Notes: generated from the letters alone by a model not told the origin. A stretch of DNA of 36,095 nucleotides from Candidatus Azambacteria bacterium GW2011_GWA2_42_9 (GCA_000994805.1 LCEQ01000003.1:1-36095); one strand, 5' to 3'. Counted from the stretch's first letter, positions 9,015 through 18,120 are shown. Program-made: numbers and translations.

Positions 9015-10346
9015 ATGTCACGAAGACCAAAATCAAAAGCCTTTCAGGCGCCAAAAGGAATGAACGATGTTCTTCCGGGTGTCCAAAAGTACTGGGGAAA
9101 ATTTTTCAAAGTCAGCAAGGAACTGGCGGTTTATTACGGTTTTGACGTTATCGAAACGCCAATTTTGGAATATGCCGACTTGTTTAAAAAAGGAATGGGT
9201 CTTAACACCGACGTTATTGAGCATGAGATGTACACTCTAAAAACCAAAGGCGGCGACTTTTTGGCCCTAAGGCCGGAACTCACGGCCGGCGCCGTAAGGG
9301 CTTATTTGGAAAACGGCTTTGCCAATCAGCCGCAGCCGATAAAATTTTTCCACTACGGCCCCGTGTTTCGCCATGAATCGCCCCAGGCCGGCCGTTATCG
9401 CGAGTTTCACCAGGCGGATTTTGACGTTTTTGGGGAAGAAGACGCAATTTTAGATGCTCAAGTTATTCAGTTGATTTATTCAATTTTAATCGAACTGGGT
9501 TTAAAAAATCTTTCAATCCAGATAAACAGCATAGGCGATAAAAATTGCTGGCCGAAATTTCGCGAAGAACTCAAGATGTATTATCGCAGCAAAGTTCCCA
9601 AACTCTGCAAGAATTGCAAGGTGAGATTTAAAGAAAATCCGCTTCGGATGCTTGACTGCAAAGAAGAAGAGTGTGCGGCCTTAAAAGCCGCGGCGCCGAA
9701 CTCCGTTGATTATTTGGATAAGGCCTGCCACGACCATTTTAAATTAGTTTTGGAATTTTTGGACGAACTCGGTCTGCCTTATAATTTAAATCCTTATTTG
9801 GTTCGGGGACTTGATTATTACACCCGTACGGTTTTTGAAATTGTTTCTGAAAATACGGCGGGCTCTCAGACCGCTTTGGCCGCCGGGGGCCGTTACGATT
9901 ATCTGGTCAGCCAGCTCGGAGGAAAATCAACGCCAGCAATGGGAGGGTCGCTCGGAATTGAGAGGGTGATAATAGAAATGCAAAGGCAGGAGGTAAAAAT
10001 CAGCCTGACAAAACCAAAAACGCGGGTTTTTTTGGTCCAACTGGGCGACCTGGCGAAGAAAAAAAGCTTAAAGATTTTTGAGGAATTCAGAAAAAATGGC
10101 ATTTATGTTTCCGAGTCATTCGGCAGGGATTCCATTAAGGCGCAGCTACGGGTTGCCGACCGCTTAGGGGCCGATTTGGCATTAATTATCGGCCAGAAGG
10201 AATCTCTTGACGGTACGGCAATTTTAAGAGAAATGCAGTCGGGAGTTCAGGAAACCATTCCTTGGAAAAAAATTATTGACGAGGTTAGAAAACGCCTTAA
10301 AAAAATTGCGCCGAGAGCTCCCCAGTTGACTAATAACAATGAATAA
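9015..10346 (+). CDS. hisS: Histidine--tRNA ligase
   Basis: PKGMND, LRPELTAG, FRHESPQAGRYREFHQ, LVRGLDYYTRTVFE, GGRYD, GIER. Confidence 0.98.
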   Translation: MSRRPKSKAFQAPKGMNDVLPGVQKYWGKFFKVSKELAVYYGFDVIETPILEYADLFKKGMGLNTDVIEHEMYTLKTKGGDFLALRPELTAGAVRAYLENGFANQPQPIKFFHYGPVFRHESPQAGRYREFHQADFDVFGEEDAILDAQVIQLIYSILIELGLKNLSIQINSIGDKNCWPKFREELKMYYRSKVPKLCKNCKVRFKENPLRMLDCKEEECAALKAAAPNSVDYLDKACHDHFKLVLEFLDELGLPYNLNPYLVRGLDYYTRTVFEIVSENTAGSQTALAAGGRYDYLVSQLGGKSTPAMGGSLGIERVIIEMQRQEVKISLTKPKTRVFLVQLGDLAKKKSLKIFEEFRKNGIYVSESFGRDSIKAQLRVADRLGADLALIIGQKESLDGTAILREMQSGVQETIPWKKIIDEVRKRLKKIAPRAPQLTNNNE

Positions 10347-10674
10347 TTGTATATTTTGTAAAATCGTCAGTCATGAAATACCGTCGGATATTGTTTTAGA
10401 AGATGAAAAATTCTTAATTTTTAAGGACATAAGGCCGAAGGCGCAGATTCATTTATTGATAATTCCCAAAAAGCACTTGGGTCCGGTTAACATACTGACG
10501 GCAGAGGATAAAGAAGTTGTCGGGGAGATGATTTTGAAAGCTCGGGGGATTGCCGAAAAAATTGGTGTTTCTCAAAGCGGCTATCGCCTGATTTTCAATG
10601 TCGGAAAAGATGCGGGGATGGAAGTTGACCATCTGCATCTTCATTTATTAGCCGGCAAATCAATGCCATTTTAG
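10339..10674 (+). CDS. HIT-family nucleotide hydrolase (HinT-like)
   Basis: CIFCKI, HLLIIPKKH, histidine triad HLHLH. Confidence 0.95.
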   Translation: MNNCIFCKIVSHEIPSDIVLEDEKFLIFKDIRPKAQIHLLIIPKKHLGPVNILTAEDKEVVGEMILKARGIAEKIGVSQSGYRLIFNVGKDAGMEVDHLHLHLLAGKSMPF

Positions 10675-10705
10675 AAATTAGAAATTAGAAATTAAAAATT
10701 AGAAA
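10671..10705. repeat. Heptamer tandem repeat (TTAGAAA)x5, one variant copy, upstream of rpsU
   Basis: ttagaaa ttagaaa ttagaaa ttaaaaa ttagaaa. Confidence 0.85.
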
Positions 10706-10715
10706 TTTTCAGTAT

Positions 10716-10955
10716 ATGCCTGTTGAAGTAAAAAAAAGAGAAAGAGAAACAACCCAAAGCCTTCTGAGGCGCTTTTCAAAGCGGGTTCAGCAAAGCGGGG
10801 TTCTGATTCGGGCTCGCCGCGGCCGATTTTATGTTCCCGAACTGACAAAGCGGCAGAAAAAATTGGGCGCCTTAAGGCGGCAGAAGATGCAGAAAGAAAG
10901 AGAAAAACTTTATAAATTAGGAAAATTGCCGCCGGAGAAAAAATTCAGAAGATAA
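10716..10955 (+). CDS. rpsU: 30S ribosomal protein S21
   Basis: VEVKKRERETTQSLLRRFSKRVQQSGVL..RRGRFY, basic, in HIT-rpsU-yqeY synteny. Confidence 0.9.
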   Translation: MPVEVKKRERETTQSLLRRFSKRVQQSGVLIRARRGRFYVPELTKRQKKLGALRRQKMQKEREKLYKLGKLPPEKKFRR

Positions 10956-10960
10956 AAAAT

Positions 10961-11455
10961 ATGGGCTTAAAAGAAAGAATAAACGAAAAATTGAAAGATG
11001 CTCTAAAAAGTGGAGATACCGCAGTAATTAATACTCTGCGTTTTTTAAATAGCGTTATCAAAAACAAGGAGTTAGAAAAAAGGACAAAACTCTCAAAAGA
11101 AGGAAGGCCCACGGAAGAATTAGAAAAATTGTCGGAACTTTCGGATGATGAAATCACTTCCGCTATATTGGGAGAAATTAAGAAACGCAAAGAGTCCATA
11201 TCGCAATACGAAACCGGAGGCAGGAAAGATTTGGCCGAAAAGGAAGCCGCCGAACTTACAATTCTTAAAAAATACGTTCCGGAAGAAATGCCCGAAGAAG
11301 AGTTAAGATCTGTAATTAAAAAGAAAATTTTAGAGATGGGAGAAGTTACGATGAAAGATTTTGGGAAGACAATGGGTTCTGTAATGAGTGAGGTTAAGGG
11401 TCGCGCCGGCGGCGACGCGGTAAAAAGGATTATTGAGGAAGAACTTAAATTATGA
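10961..11455 (+). CDS. yqeY: GatB/YqeY domain protein
   Basis: LKDALKSGD, KKRKESISQYETGGRKDLAEKE, KYVP, DFGKTMG..KGRA. Confidence 0.93.
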   Translation: MGLKERINEKLKDALKSGDTAVINTLRFLNSVIKNKELEKRTKLSKEGRPTEELEKLSELSDDEITSAILGEIKKRKESISQYETGGRKDLAEKEAAELTILKKYVPEEMPEEELRSVIKKKILEMGEVTMKDFGKTMGSVMSEVKGRAGGDAVKRIIEEELKL

Positions 11456-11889
11456 AACATGAGATATTGGTTTATAACAAGACGCCGCAAAAAACACCAA
11501 AAAAATTTATTGAAAATGTAATTTTGCGAGCTCTGGACTTTATTAAACTAAAACAGCCGGTGGAATTGGCTGTTTTAGTTGTGAGTAAAGAAGAGATTAA
11601 AAGGTTGAACAAAATTTGGCGCAAAAAAAACGAAATTCCCGACGAGCTTTCTTTTGGCTTAAACAGCCGTTCGCCAGCCATCGGAGCGGGGCTTGCAAGG
11701 TTCAATAAAAACATGCTAAGCTTGGGAGAGATAGTAATAAATGCTGGCAAAATTTCTGATAGAAATTATTTACGCGCGATTTTGATTCACAGCCTGCTTC
11801 ATTTGCTGGGATACGATCATGAAAAATCGGCTGCTAAAGCCAGAAAAATGGAACAATTAGAAACTAAAATATTAAAACATGTCGCGTGA
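11452..11889 (+). CDS. ybeY: rRNA maturation endonuclease YbeY
   Basis: LNKIWR, PDELSF, LGEIVI, HSLLHLLGYDH zinc motif. Confidence 0.92.
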   Translation: MKHEILVYNKTPQKTPKKFIENVILRALDFIKLKQPVELAVLVVSKEEIKRLNKIWRKKNEIPDELSFGLNSRSPAIGAGLARFNKNMLSLGEIVINAGKISDRNYLRAILIHSLLHLLGYDHEKSAAKARKMEQLETKILKHVA

Positions 11890-13096
11890 AGATATAATTA
11901 TTGGTTTGGATATCGGCACCACGTCGGTTCAGACCATTGTGGCTTCAAAGAAAAAAACGCAAGAAGTGCCGCAAATTATCGGCTGGGGCGAGTCTGTTTC
12001 ACGGGGAGTCCGCCGCGGCATCGTGGTTGATATTGAAGAAGCGGCTTCGGCGATTCGCGAATCGTTTCAAAAAGCCATAAATCACGCCGGCATTAAGCAT
12101 AATGAAGCGGTTGTCGGCGTTGGAGGAAATCATATTTTTGTAAGACCATCAAAGGGGGTGGTTATTGTGTCTCGCGCCGACAGGGAAATATCAAGAGAAG
12201 ATATCCAGCGGGCTTTGCTTCAGGCCGAAGCAATTCCCGGAAACCCCAATCGCGAAATTCTGCATAATTTGGCCAGAGGGTGGGCCGTTGACGGCGAAGA
12301 AGGTATAAAAGATCCCCTGGGGATGACCGGAATCAAGCTTGAAGTTGACACTTTGATAATTGAAGGCGGCTCTCCGGCCTTAAAAAATCTTAGAAAAGCC
12401 GTTAATTTGGCCGGAATCAAAATAAAAGAATTGGTTTTGACGCCCCTGGCGGCGGCTTATGCGGTTCTCGGCCCCAGGCAAAAAGAATTGGGGACTTTGG
12501 TTTTGGACATCGGCGGCAGCACCACGGGCCTGGTTATTTTTGAAGAAGGAGATATTTTTCACGCATCGGTTGTCGGATTTGGTTCGTCTCACGTTACCCA
12601 TGATTTGGTTTATGGCCTTCAAGTCGACGTTGACACGGCTGAAAAAGTTAAAAGATTACACGGTTCGGCTTTGGCCGAAAGCACCAGTTCAAGGGATATT
12701 GTGGATTTAAAGAAACTCGGAGGGGAAAATTCAATATTAAGGCGGGAAGTGGCCGCGATTTGCGAAGCCAGATTTTCAGAAATTTTTGAAATGGTCCAAA
12801 AAGAACTGAAGAAAGTCGGTCGGGCCGCCATGCTTCCGGGCGGCGTGGTTTTAACCGGCGGCGGCTCTAAAGTGCCAAGAATTGATAAATTGGCAAAAAA
12901 AGAATTGGGGCTGCCCTGCGCCAGGGGGGTGGCTCAGAGTATTTTGGGGCCGGAAGAAATTGTTCAAGACCCGCTTTTCTCAACAGCCTTGGGTTTGATT
13001 GTCTGGGCTTTTGATGAAAATATTTTAGAAAGAGCGCCGATTGCCGATGCCTCATCGGGCTTTATGTCCTGGTTTAAAAACACCTTTATCCCTTAA
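11879..13096 (+). CDS. ftsA: Cell division protein FtsA
   Basis: GLDIGTT, GVRRGIVVDI, LDIGGSTT, VLTGGGS. Directly upstream of ftsZ. Confidence 0.97.
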   Translation: MSREDIIIGLDIGTTSVQTIVASKKKTQEVPQIIGWGESVSRGVRRGIVVDIEEAASAIRESFQKAINHAGIKHNEAVVGVGGNHIFVRPSKGVVIVSRADREISREDIQRALLQAEAIPGNPNREILHNLARGWAVDGEEGIKDPLGMTGIKLEVDTLIIEGGSPALKNLRKAVNLAGIKIKELVLTPLAAAYAVLGPRQKELGTLVLDIGGSTTGLVIFEEGDIFHASVVGFGSSHVTHDLVYGLQVDVDTAEKVKRLHGSALAESTSSRDIVDLKKLGGENSILRREVAAICEARFSEIFEMVQKELKKVGRAAMLPGGVVLTGGGSKVPRIDKLAKKELGLPCARGVAQSILGPEEIVQDPLFSTALGLIVWAFDENILERAPIADASSGFMSWFKNTFIP

Positions 13097-13183
13097 TTTT
13101 TAAATTTGCCTTTTTATTTTAAAAAGTGATATATTATTATCGCTATTATTTTTTAGAAATTAGGATTTAGAAATTTTTGCCAT

Positions 13184-14317
13184 ATGCCTCATGTAAAACC
13201 TGAAATAGAAACCTTTGCCCGCATAAAAGTTGTCGGTGTTGGCGGCGGTGGCGGCAATGCCGTCACCCGGATGTTTAATTCCCAAATCAAAGGCGTTGAT
13301 TTTGTCGCGGTTAATACCGACGCTCAAGACCTTAAGCATGCCAAAGCCAATGTTAAAGTCCATATCGGGAAAAATTTGACCAAGGGGCTTGGCGCTGGCA
13401 TGAATCCGGATATTGGCCGGCAGGCGGCCGAAGAAAATCGAAACGAAATCCAGGACGCTTTAAAGGGCGCCGACTTGATTTTTATAACCTGCGGCCTTGG
13501 CGGCGGCACCGGTTCCGGCGCCTCGCAAATCATTGCCGACGTTGCCCGTGATGTCGGCGCGTTGACCCTGGCGGTGGTTACCAAGCCATTTTCTTTTGAA
13601 GGAAAAAAACGCATTGCCATCGCCGAGGAGGCGCTGGTTTCGCTGCGCGACAGGGTTGACACCTTGATTACCATTCCTAATGACAAGGTTTTAAGTTTGA
13701 TTGATAAAAACACTTCGCTTGTCGAGGCCTTCAGCATCGTTGACGACATCTTGCGTCAGGGAGTCCAGGGGATTGCCGATTTAATAACATTTCCGGGCAT
13801 TGTCAATGTTGACTTTGCCGACATTAAAACCATCATGTCTGAGGCCGGGCCGGCTTTAATGGGAATTGGCCGGGCCAATGGCGAAGACAGGGCGACGGCC
13901 GCGGCTAAATCGGCGATTAATTCTCCGCTTTTAGATATTTCTATAAATGGGGCGCGCGGGGTCTTGTTTAATGTGTCGGGCGGAGCCGATTTGAGCATGA
14001 ACGATGTTAATGAAGCTGCTAAAACAATCACCGAATCCATCGATTCCGAGGCCAAAGTAATTTTTGGCGCCACCTGCGACAATCGCCTTAAAAAAGGCGA
14101 AGTCAAAGTAACGGTCATTGCCACCGGTTTTGGCAGTGGCAGGAATAATGGCAACGGCAATCCGGTAATCATTGCCGCCGGCAATCATAGAAATTTGGAG
14201 AATTTAATGCCAAGGAAACCAGCTGTCAATGTTGAAATTATTGACGACGGGGAAGAATGGGACATGCCGGCGTTTTTGCGGCGCAAAAAAGACAAAGAAA
14301 AGGATGACAAAAAGTAA
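13184..14317 (+). CDS. ftsZ: Cell division GTPase FtsZ
   Basis: VGVGGGGGNAV, NTDAQ, GGGTGSG, NVDFAD, C-terminal DMPAFLRR. Confidence 0.99.
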   Translation: MPHVKPEIETFARIKVVGVGGGGGNAVTRMFNSQIKGVDFVAVNTDAQDLKHAKANVKVHIGKNLTKGLGAGMNPDIGRQAAEENRNEIQDALKGADLIFITCGLGGGTGSGASQIIADVARDVGALTLAVVTKPFSFEGKKRIAIAEEALVSLRDRVDTLITIPNDKVLSLIDKNTSLVEAFSIVDDILRQGVQGIADLITFPGIVNVDFADIKTIMSEAGPALMGIGRANGEDRATAAAKSAINSPLLDISINGARGVLFNVSGGADLSMNDVNEAAKTITESIDSEAKVIFGATCDNRLKKGEVKVTVIATGFGSGRNNGNGNPVIIAAGNHRNLENLMPRKPAVNVEIIDDGEEWDMPAFLRRKKDKEKDDKK

Positions 14318-15677
14318 AATTTTTCTTTTAATTCTTCTGAGCATTATCGGAGGCATAGCTTTGCATTCATTCACAAAAACTCCCCCGATGGTCATCGGGG
14401 GAGTTTTTGTTTTCGGAACTCTTGTCTTAATAAAATCCTTTCTAAATAAAGAGTGCGGTGATTTTTTGCCAAAAGTCGCCTTTGGGACGATGATTCTGTT
14501 TTTATCACTCGGTCTTTTTAGAAGCGCCGAAGTTTCCAAAAGCGCCAACGCGGTCAATCGGGATTTTGCCGGGAAAAAGATTATTTTTTACGGCCAAGTC
14601 GCTTCTGAATCCGACAAGCGGCTTAATTTTTCCCAATATGTTTTAGAAAATGAGAGAATCGGCCGCGTTCTTGTTAAAACCGATTTATATCCCGAATATT
14701 TTTACGGCGACATTTTAAAAATTACAGGCACGGTTCTTGAGCCGGAATCCCAAATCGGCGACGCGGATTTTGATTACAAAAATTATCTGGCGAAAGACGA
14801 TATTTATTTCATAGTAAAGCACCCTCAAATTGAATTTATAAGACGGGGCGATAAAAATCTGCTTTTTTATCTTCTGACCGTAAAGGCGTCTTTTGTTGAG
14901 AAAATTAATAAGATTCTTCCCGAGCCCCAAGCGTCGCTTTTATCCGCGCTTCTTGTCGGCGCCAAGCGCGCTTTGCCGGAGGATTTAACTTCGGCTCTCA
15001 AGAAACCTGGCACCAGCCACATTGTGGCAATTTCCGGTTACAATATTTCTATTATCAGCGTCATGATTTTAAATTTTTTGGGATATCTGCTTCTGCCTCG
15101 GCGGTTGATTTTTTGGCTGGTTGCCGCCGTTATTTTACTTTTTACTTTGATGACCGGCGCCGAGGCCTCGGCGGTGCGGGCGGCGATCATGGGCGGGCTT
15201 TTAATGATAAGCCGGCGCGAGGGTCGATTTTATGACGTCACCAACGCCGTTGTTTTGGCCGCCGCAATAATGCTTTTTATAAATCCGCGGCTTTTGCGCT
15301 ACGATGTCGGTTTCGAGCTTTCATTTTTAGCAACCATGGGACTGATATATATCGCGCCTTATTTTCAGGAGCGGTTTTCCAAACTTCCTAATTTTTTATC
15401 TTTCCGCGACAATTTAACGGCTACGGTTTCGGCTCAAATCGCCACTTTTCCGGTTATCTTTTTTGTATTCGGCGTTTTTTCTTCGGTGGCGGTTTTGGCC
15501 AACGTTTTAATTTTACCGGCGATACCCATGACAATGCTTTTCGGGTTTTTAGGAGGTCTTGCGGGCTTTGTGTCCTTAAAACTGGGGGCGATTTTAATTT
15601 CGCCGGCTTATTTATTTCTTTCTTATCAAGCGTGGCTTATTAAAACTTTAGCGATGATTCCGTTTGCGTCCCTATGA
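14304..15677 (+). CDS. comEC: ComEC/Rec2 competence membrane channel (OB-fold plus competence domain)
   Basis: GTSHIVAISGYN, ASAVRAAIMG, NPRLL.YDVGFELSF, ANVLILP, many TMs. Start MTKSK at 14304 overlaps the ftsZ end. Confidence 0.93.
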   Translation: MTKSKIFLLILLSIIGGIALHSFTKTPPMVIGGVFVFGTLVLIKSFLNKECGDFLPKVAFGTMILFLSLGLFRSAEVSKSANAVNRDFAGKKIIFYGQVASESDKRLNFSQYVLENERIGRVLVKTDLYPEYFYGDILKITGTVLEPESQIGDADFDYKNYLAKDDIYFIVKHPQIEFIRRGDKNLLFYLLTVKASFVEKINKILPEPQASLLSALLVGAKRALPEDLTSALKKPGTSHIVAISGYNISIISVMILNFLGYLLLPRRLIFWLVAAVILLFTLMTGAEASAVRAAIMGGLLMISRREGRFYDVTNAVVLAAAIMLFINPRLLRYDVGFELSFLATMGLIYIAPYFQERFSKLPNFLSFRDNLTATVSAQIATFPVIFFVFGVFSSVAVLANVLILPAIPMTMLFGFLGGLAGFVSLKLGAILISPAYLFLSYQAWLIKTLAMIPFASL

Positions 15678-16597
15678 AATATAAATTAATAAAAATTTTA
15701 CTGATATTTTTTGTCTCCGTAATTATAATTTCCGGATTTTTATTCTTAAGCAAAAATACCGACCGGTTTTTAGAGATTGATTTTTTGGATGTCGGCCAGG
15801 GAGACGCCATTCTCGTAATTACGCCGGAAAATCAAACAATGCTTATTGATGGCGGCCCTAACAATAGAGTTCTCCAAAAATTAGGCAAATACCTGCCAAT
15901 GCTTGAAAAAAGAATTGATATTGTCTTGTTGACCCATCCTCACGCCGATCATGTCGCCGGCCTTGTCGAGGTCTTAAAAAGATATAATGTCGGCGCGGTT
16001 ATTTTAAGCGGCGTCGAATTAAAAACCGAGGTTTATTCCGAATTTTTAAAAATAACTCTGGAAAAAAATGTTCCAATTATTATCGCCGAAGCCGGTCAGG
16101 CGATTCATTTTGATGAGAATCTTGAATTTGATATTTTGGCGGGAGTGGATGGCGGTGAGAAAGTTTTTAATAAAAACAGCGAAGGATTCGGAGTAAGAGG
16201 CAACGACGTCAATGATGCGTCAATTGTTGGGAAATTGATATTTTCCGCCAAAGGCGGATCCGCCTCTGGCGGAAAAGATTTTTCTGTAATATTTATGGGC
16301 GATGCCACTTCAAAAATAGAAAATCAACTCTTGGCATACGGCGAAAATTTAGAGTCGGATATTTTAAAAGCCGGTCATCACGGCTCAAAATATTCTTCTT
16401 CGCTGTTATTTTTAAAGTTTGTCTCGCCAAAGGCGGCGGTTATTGAAGTCGGCGCAAAAAATCGCTACGGTCATCCAACTGAAGCAACTTTAAGCCGGCT
16501 AAAAATGATCAATGCAAATATTTTCCGCACCGACCAAAACGGCGACATCAGAGTTTTAAGCGACGGCTTCACAACCAACATCTACAAAGAAAAATAA
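15674..16597 (+). CDS. ComEC-associated metallo-beta-lactamase-fold nuclease (split C-terminal domain)
   Basis: FLDVGQGDA, LIDGG, THPHADHVAG, NDAS, MGD, LKAGHHGS, NRYGHP, RTDQNG. Confidence 0.93.
   Translation: MKYKLIKILLIFFVSVIIISGFLFLSKNTDRFLEIDFLDVGQGDAILVITPENQTMLIDGGPNNRVLQKLGKYLPMLEKRIDIVLLTHPHADHVAGLVEVLKRYNVGAVILSGVELKTEVYSEFLKITLEKNVPIIIAEAGQAIHFDENLEFDILAGVDGGEKVFNKNSEGFGVRGNDVNDASIVGKLIFSAKGGSASGGKDFSVIFMGDATSKIENQLLAYGENLESDILKAGHHGSKYSSSLLFLKFVSPKAAVIEVGAKNRYGHPTEATLSRLKMINANIFRTDQNGDIRVLSDGFTTNIYKEK
16241..16276. repeat. Double-hairpin palindromic element (family A), in frame in the ComEC nuclease
   Basis: TTT-TCCGCC-AAA-GGCGGA-TCCGCC-TCT-GGCGGA-AAA, a near-perfect 36-bp palindrome centred on GGATCC, read as SAKGGSASGG. 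Confidence 0.85.
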
Positions 16598-16652
16598 AAT
16601 CACCCTTATTTCAGGTGATTGTTCAGAGTTTTAACTATTTATTCCGCCTTTC

Positions 16653-17168
16653 TCATATTTCTTTAAAGGCATTGGCTACGGGATTATCAAATTCTTTTGC
16701 CAAGGTCAAAACGACGTTTTCGAAGCTCTTGTGGGGCGTCGGCTTGATTTTATTGCGGTTGATAATTACAAATTTTTTAAAATTACTGCGCACTAAGGCG
16801 AAGAACATTCCAATATCAAACATCGAACCCACACTGCCCTTATCGTACCAGATGTGAATTTCGTTGGCCCAAAGCATTTTCTGGCGATTAAAGGTGATTA
16901 TTTGAATTCCAATTTTGTCGGTATTTTGATAGGGGTTATCTCTTGCGGGCCAATAAACTTCATGTCCTTCTTTTTCCAGTTTAGCAACACAAGCTTTAAT
17001 GGCATTTTGAGTTTTTGTCCATCGATCTTCAATACCAAAGAGAGTTTGAAAGACAGTCTGTAATATACGTCTTAAAAATTCAACATGAGGACGCCTGATC
17101 GGACAAACAACAAAAATTTTTCTCACTTCAGCTCCAAATCCGCTAACCGGTCCACTGCCAGCACTCAT
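16653..17168 (-). CDS. Nucleoside 2-deoxyribosyltransferase-like (flavodoxin/TIR-like fold) protein
   Basis: KIFVVCP...LEKEGHEVYWP.RD...ANEIHIWY...SVGSMFDIGM follows the NDT pattern (IY..GP...P...AD....S.GT.FE.G). G-rich SD. Confidence 0.6.
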   Translation of the reverse strand: MSAGSGPVSGFGAEVRKIFVVCPIRRPHVEFLRRILQTVFQTLFGIEDRWTKTQNAIKACVAKLEKEGHEVYWPARDNPYQNTDKIGIQIITFNRQKMLWANEIHIWYDKGSVGSMFDIGMFFALVRSNFKKFVIINRNKIKPTPHKSFENVVLTLAKEFDNPVANAFKEI

Positions 17169-17214
17169 TTTTTACCCCCCCAATTTTATTTTAAAGGCCA
17201 AAAATAATAAACTT

Positions 17215-17265
17215 AATTTAATCCAATAAAAATTTATTGTCAATAAATATTTTTTGTGATAAATT
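17215..17265. promoter_or_regulatory. Symmetric divergent promoters (NDT-like gene / ndk)
   Basis: + strand TTGTCA(17237)-N17-TAAATT(17260). - strand TTGACA(17243-17238)-N17-TAAATT(17220-17215). The core lies in the palindrome ATTTATTG-T-CAATAAAT. Confidence 0.6.
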
Positions 17266-17274
17266 GTCTTTATT

Positions 17275-17901
17275 ATGGTTAAAAAAATCGCCGCCTACGC
17301 TAAAGCTTCGGCGGGCCAAGCCAAACAGGAACGCACCGTCATTTTAATTAAACCTGACGGGGTAAAAAGAGGGCTTATTGGAGAAGTAATTTCTCGAATT
17401 GAAAAACGCGGCCTTAAGATAATAGCGCTTTCAATGATAAGCCCGACGCGAAAGCAAATTGACGAGCATTATCCCAAAGACCAGGCATGGGTGAAGCGCT
17501 TGGGCGAAAAATCTTTGGCGACCTACGCCAAATACGGCTGGGACGCCAAAGAAGAAATGGGGACCGACGATCCGATGAAAATCGGCAAGTCGGTGCGCGG
17601 CTGGATTTTGGATTTTATGACTTCCGGGCCGAGTGTCAAAATAGTGGTTGAGGGTATTCATGCCGTTGAGATGGTGAGAAAACTGGTGGGTAATTCCATT
17701 CCGGCTTTAGCAGAAATGGGCACCATCCGCGGCGATTTTTCAGTTGACTCGGCGGCTTTAGCAAACAAAAATCAGCGCGCGGTTCATAACCTCATCCACG
17801 CTTCGGAAACATCGGAAGAATCGGCGCATGAATTGTCTTATTGGTTTTCTCCTGAAGAAATTTTTGATTACAAAAGAGCGGAAGAGGATATTATGTTTTG
17901 A
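17275..17901 (+). CDS. ndk: Nucleoside diphosphate kinase
   Basis: ERTVILIKPDGVKRGLIGE, FMTSGP, GTIRGDF, NLIHASE (phospho-His). Confidence 0.97.
   Translation: MVKKIAAYAKASAGQAKQERTVILIKPDGVKRGLIGEVISRIEKRGLKIIALSMISPTRKQIDEHYPKDQAWVKRLGEKSLATYAKYGWDAKEEMGTDDPMKIGKSVRGWILDFMTSGPSVKIVVEGIHAVEMVRKLVGNSIPALAEMGTIRGDFSVDSAALANKNQRAVHNLIHASETSEESAHELSYWFSPEEIFDYKRAEEDIMF
17291..17316. repeat. Palindromic element (family B), in frame at the Ndk N-terminus
   Basis: CCGCCTACGCTAAAGCTTCGGCGGGC, read as AYAKASAG. Matches 32027..32052 at 22 of 26 positions. Confidence 0.8.
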
Positions 17902-17919
17902 GATTTTATCTAAAATTTA

Positions 17920-17959
17920 CCCCGAAGTCCGACTTCGGGGATTTTTGAAGTCGGACTTC
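17920..17959. repeat. REP-like GAAGTC-N-GACTTC palindrome pair; the first copy probably also terminates ndk
   Basis: CCCCGAAGTC-C-GACTTCGGGG followed by ATTTTT, then a second copy GAAGTC-G-GACTTC. Confidence 0.65.
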
Positions 17960-17974
17960 TGTGATACAATTAAA

Positions 17975-18119
17975 GTGGCTATGGAGAGTTGTTTTGTAAG
18001 ATTTTGGGCTAATTAAATATATTCGGGAGTCCTACATTGCCCCGATCCTTGGATTGCGGGTTGCGGACACCCACTTGGCGAAATGCCAAATTTATCTTTA
18101 AGATGACTTTCCAAGCCGC
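17975..18119 (+). ncRNA. ssrS: 6S RNA, compact (~145 nt)
   Basis: 5' GUGGCUAUGGAGAGUUGUUUUGUAAGAU pairs with 3' AUCUUUAAGAUGACUUUCCAAGCCGC, with many G-U pairs that work only on the + strand. A/U-rich central bubble UAAUUAAAUAUA. GGGAGUCC...GGACACCCAC-UUGGC-GAAAU-GCCAA resembles the Bacillus 6S core. Extended -10 TGATACAAT at 17962-17970 and a terminator at 18121. Confidence 0.8.
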
Positions 18120-18120
18120 C

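Noticed and set aside
14304..16597. Split ComEC as a frameshift
   Set aside because: The second gene has its own ATG and TM anchor. Separate channel and MBL genes are a known arrangement.
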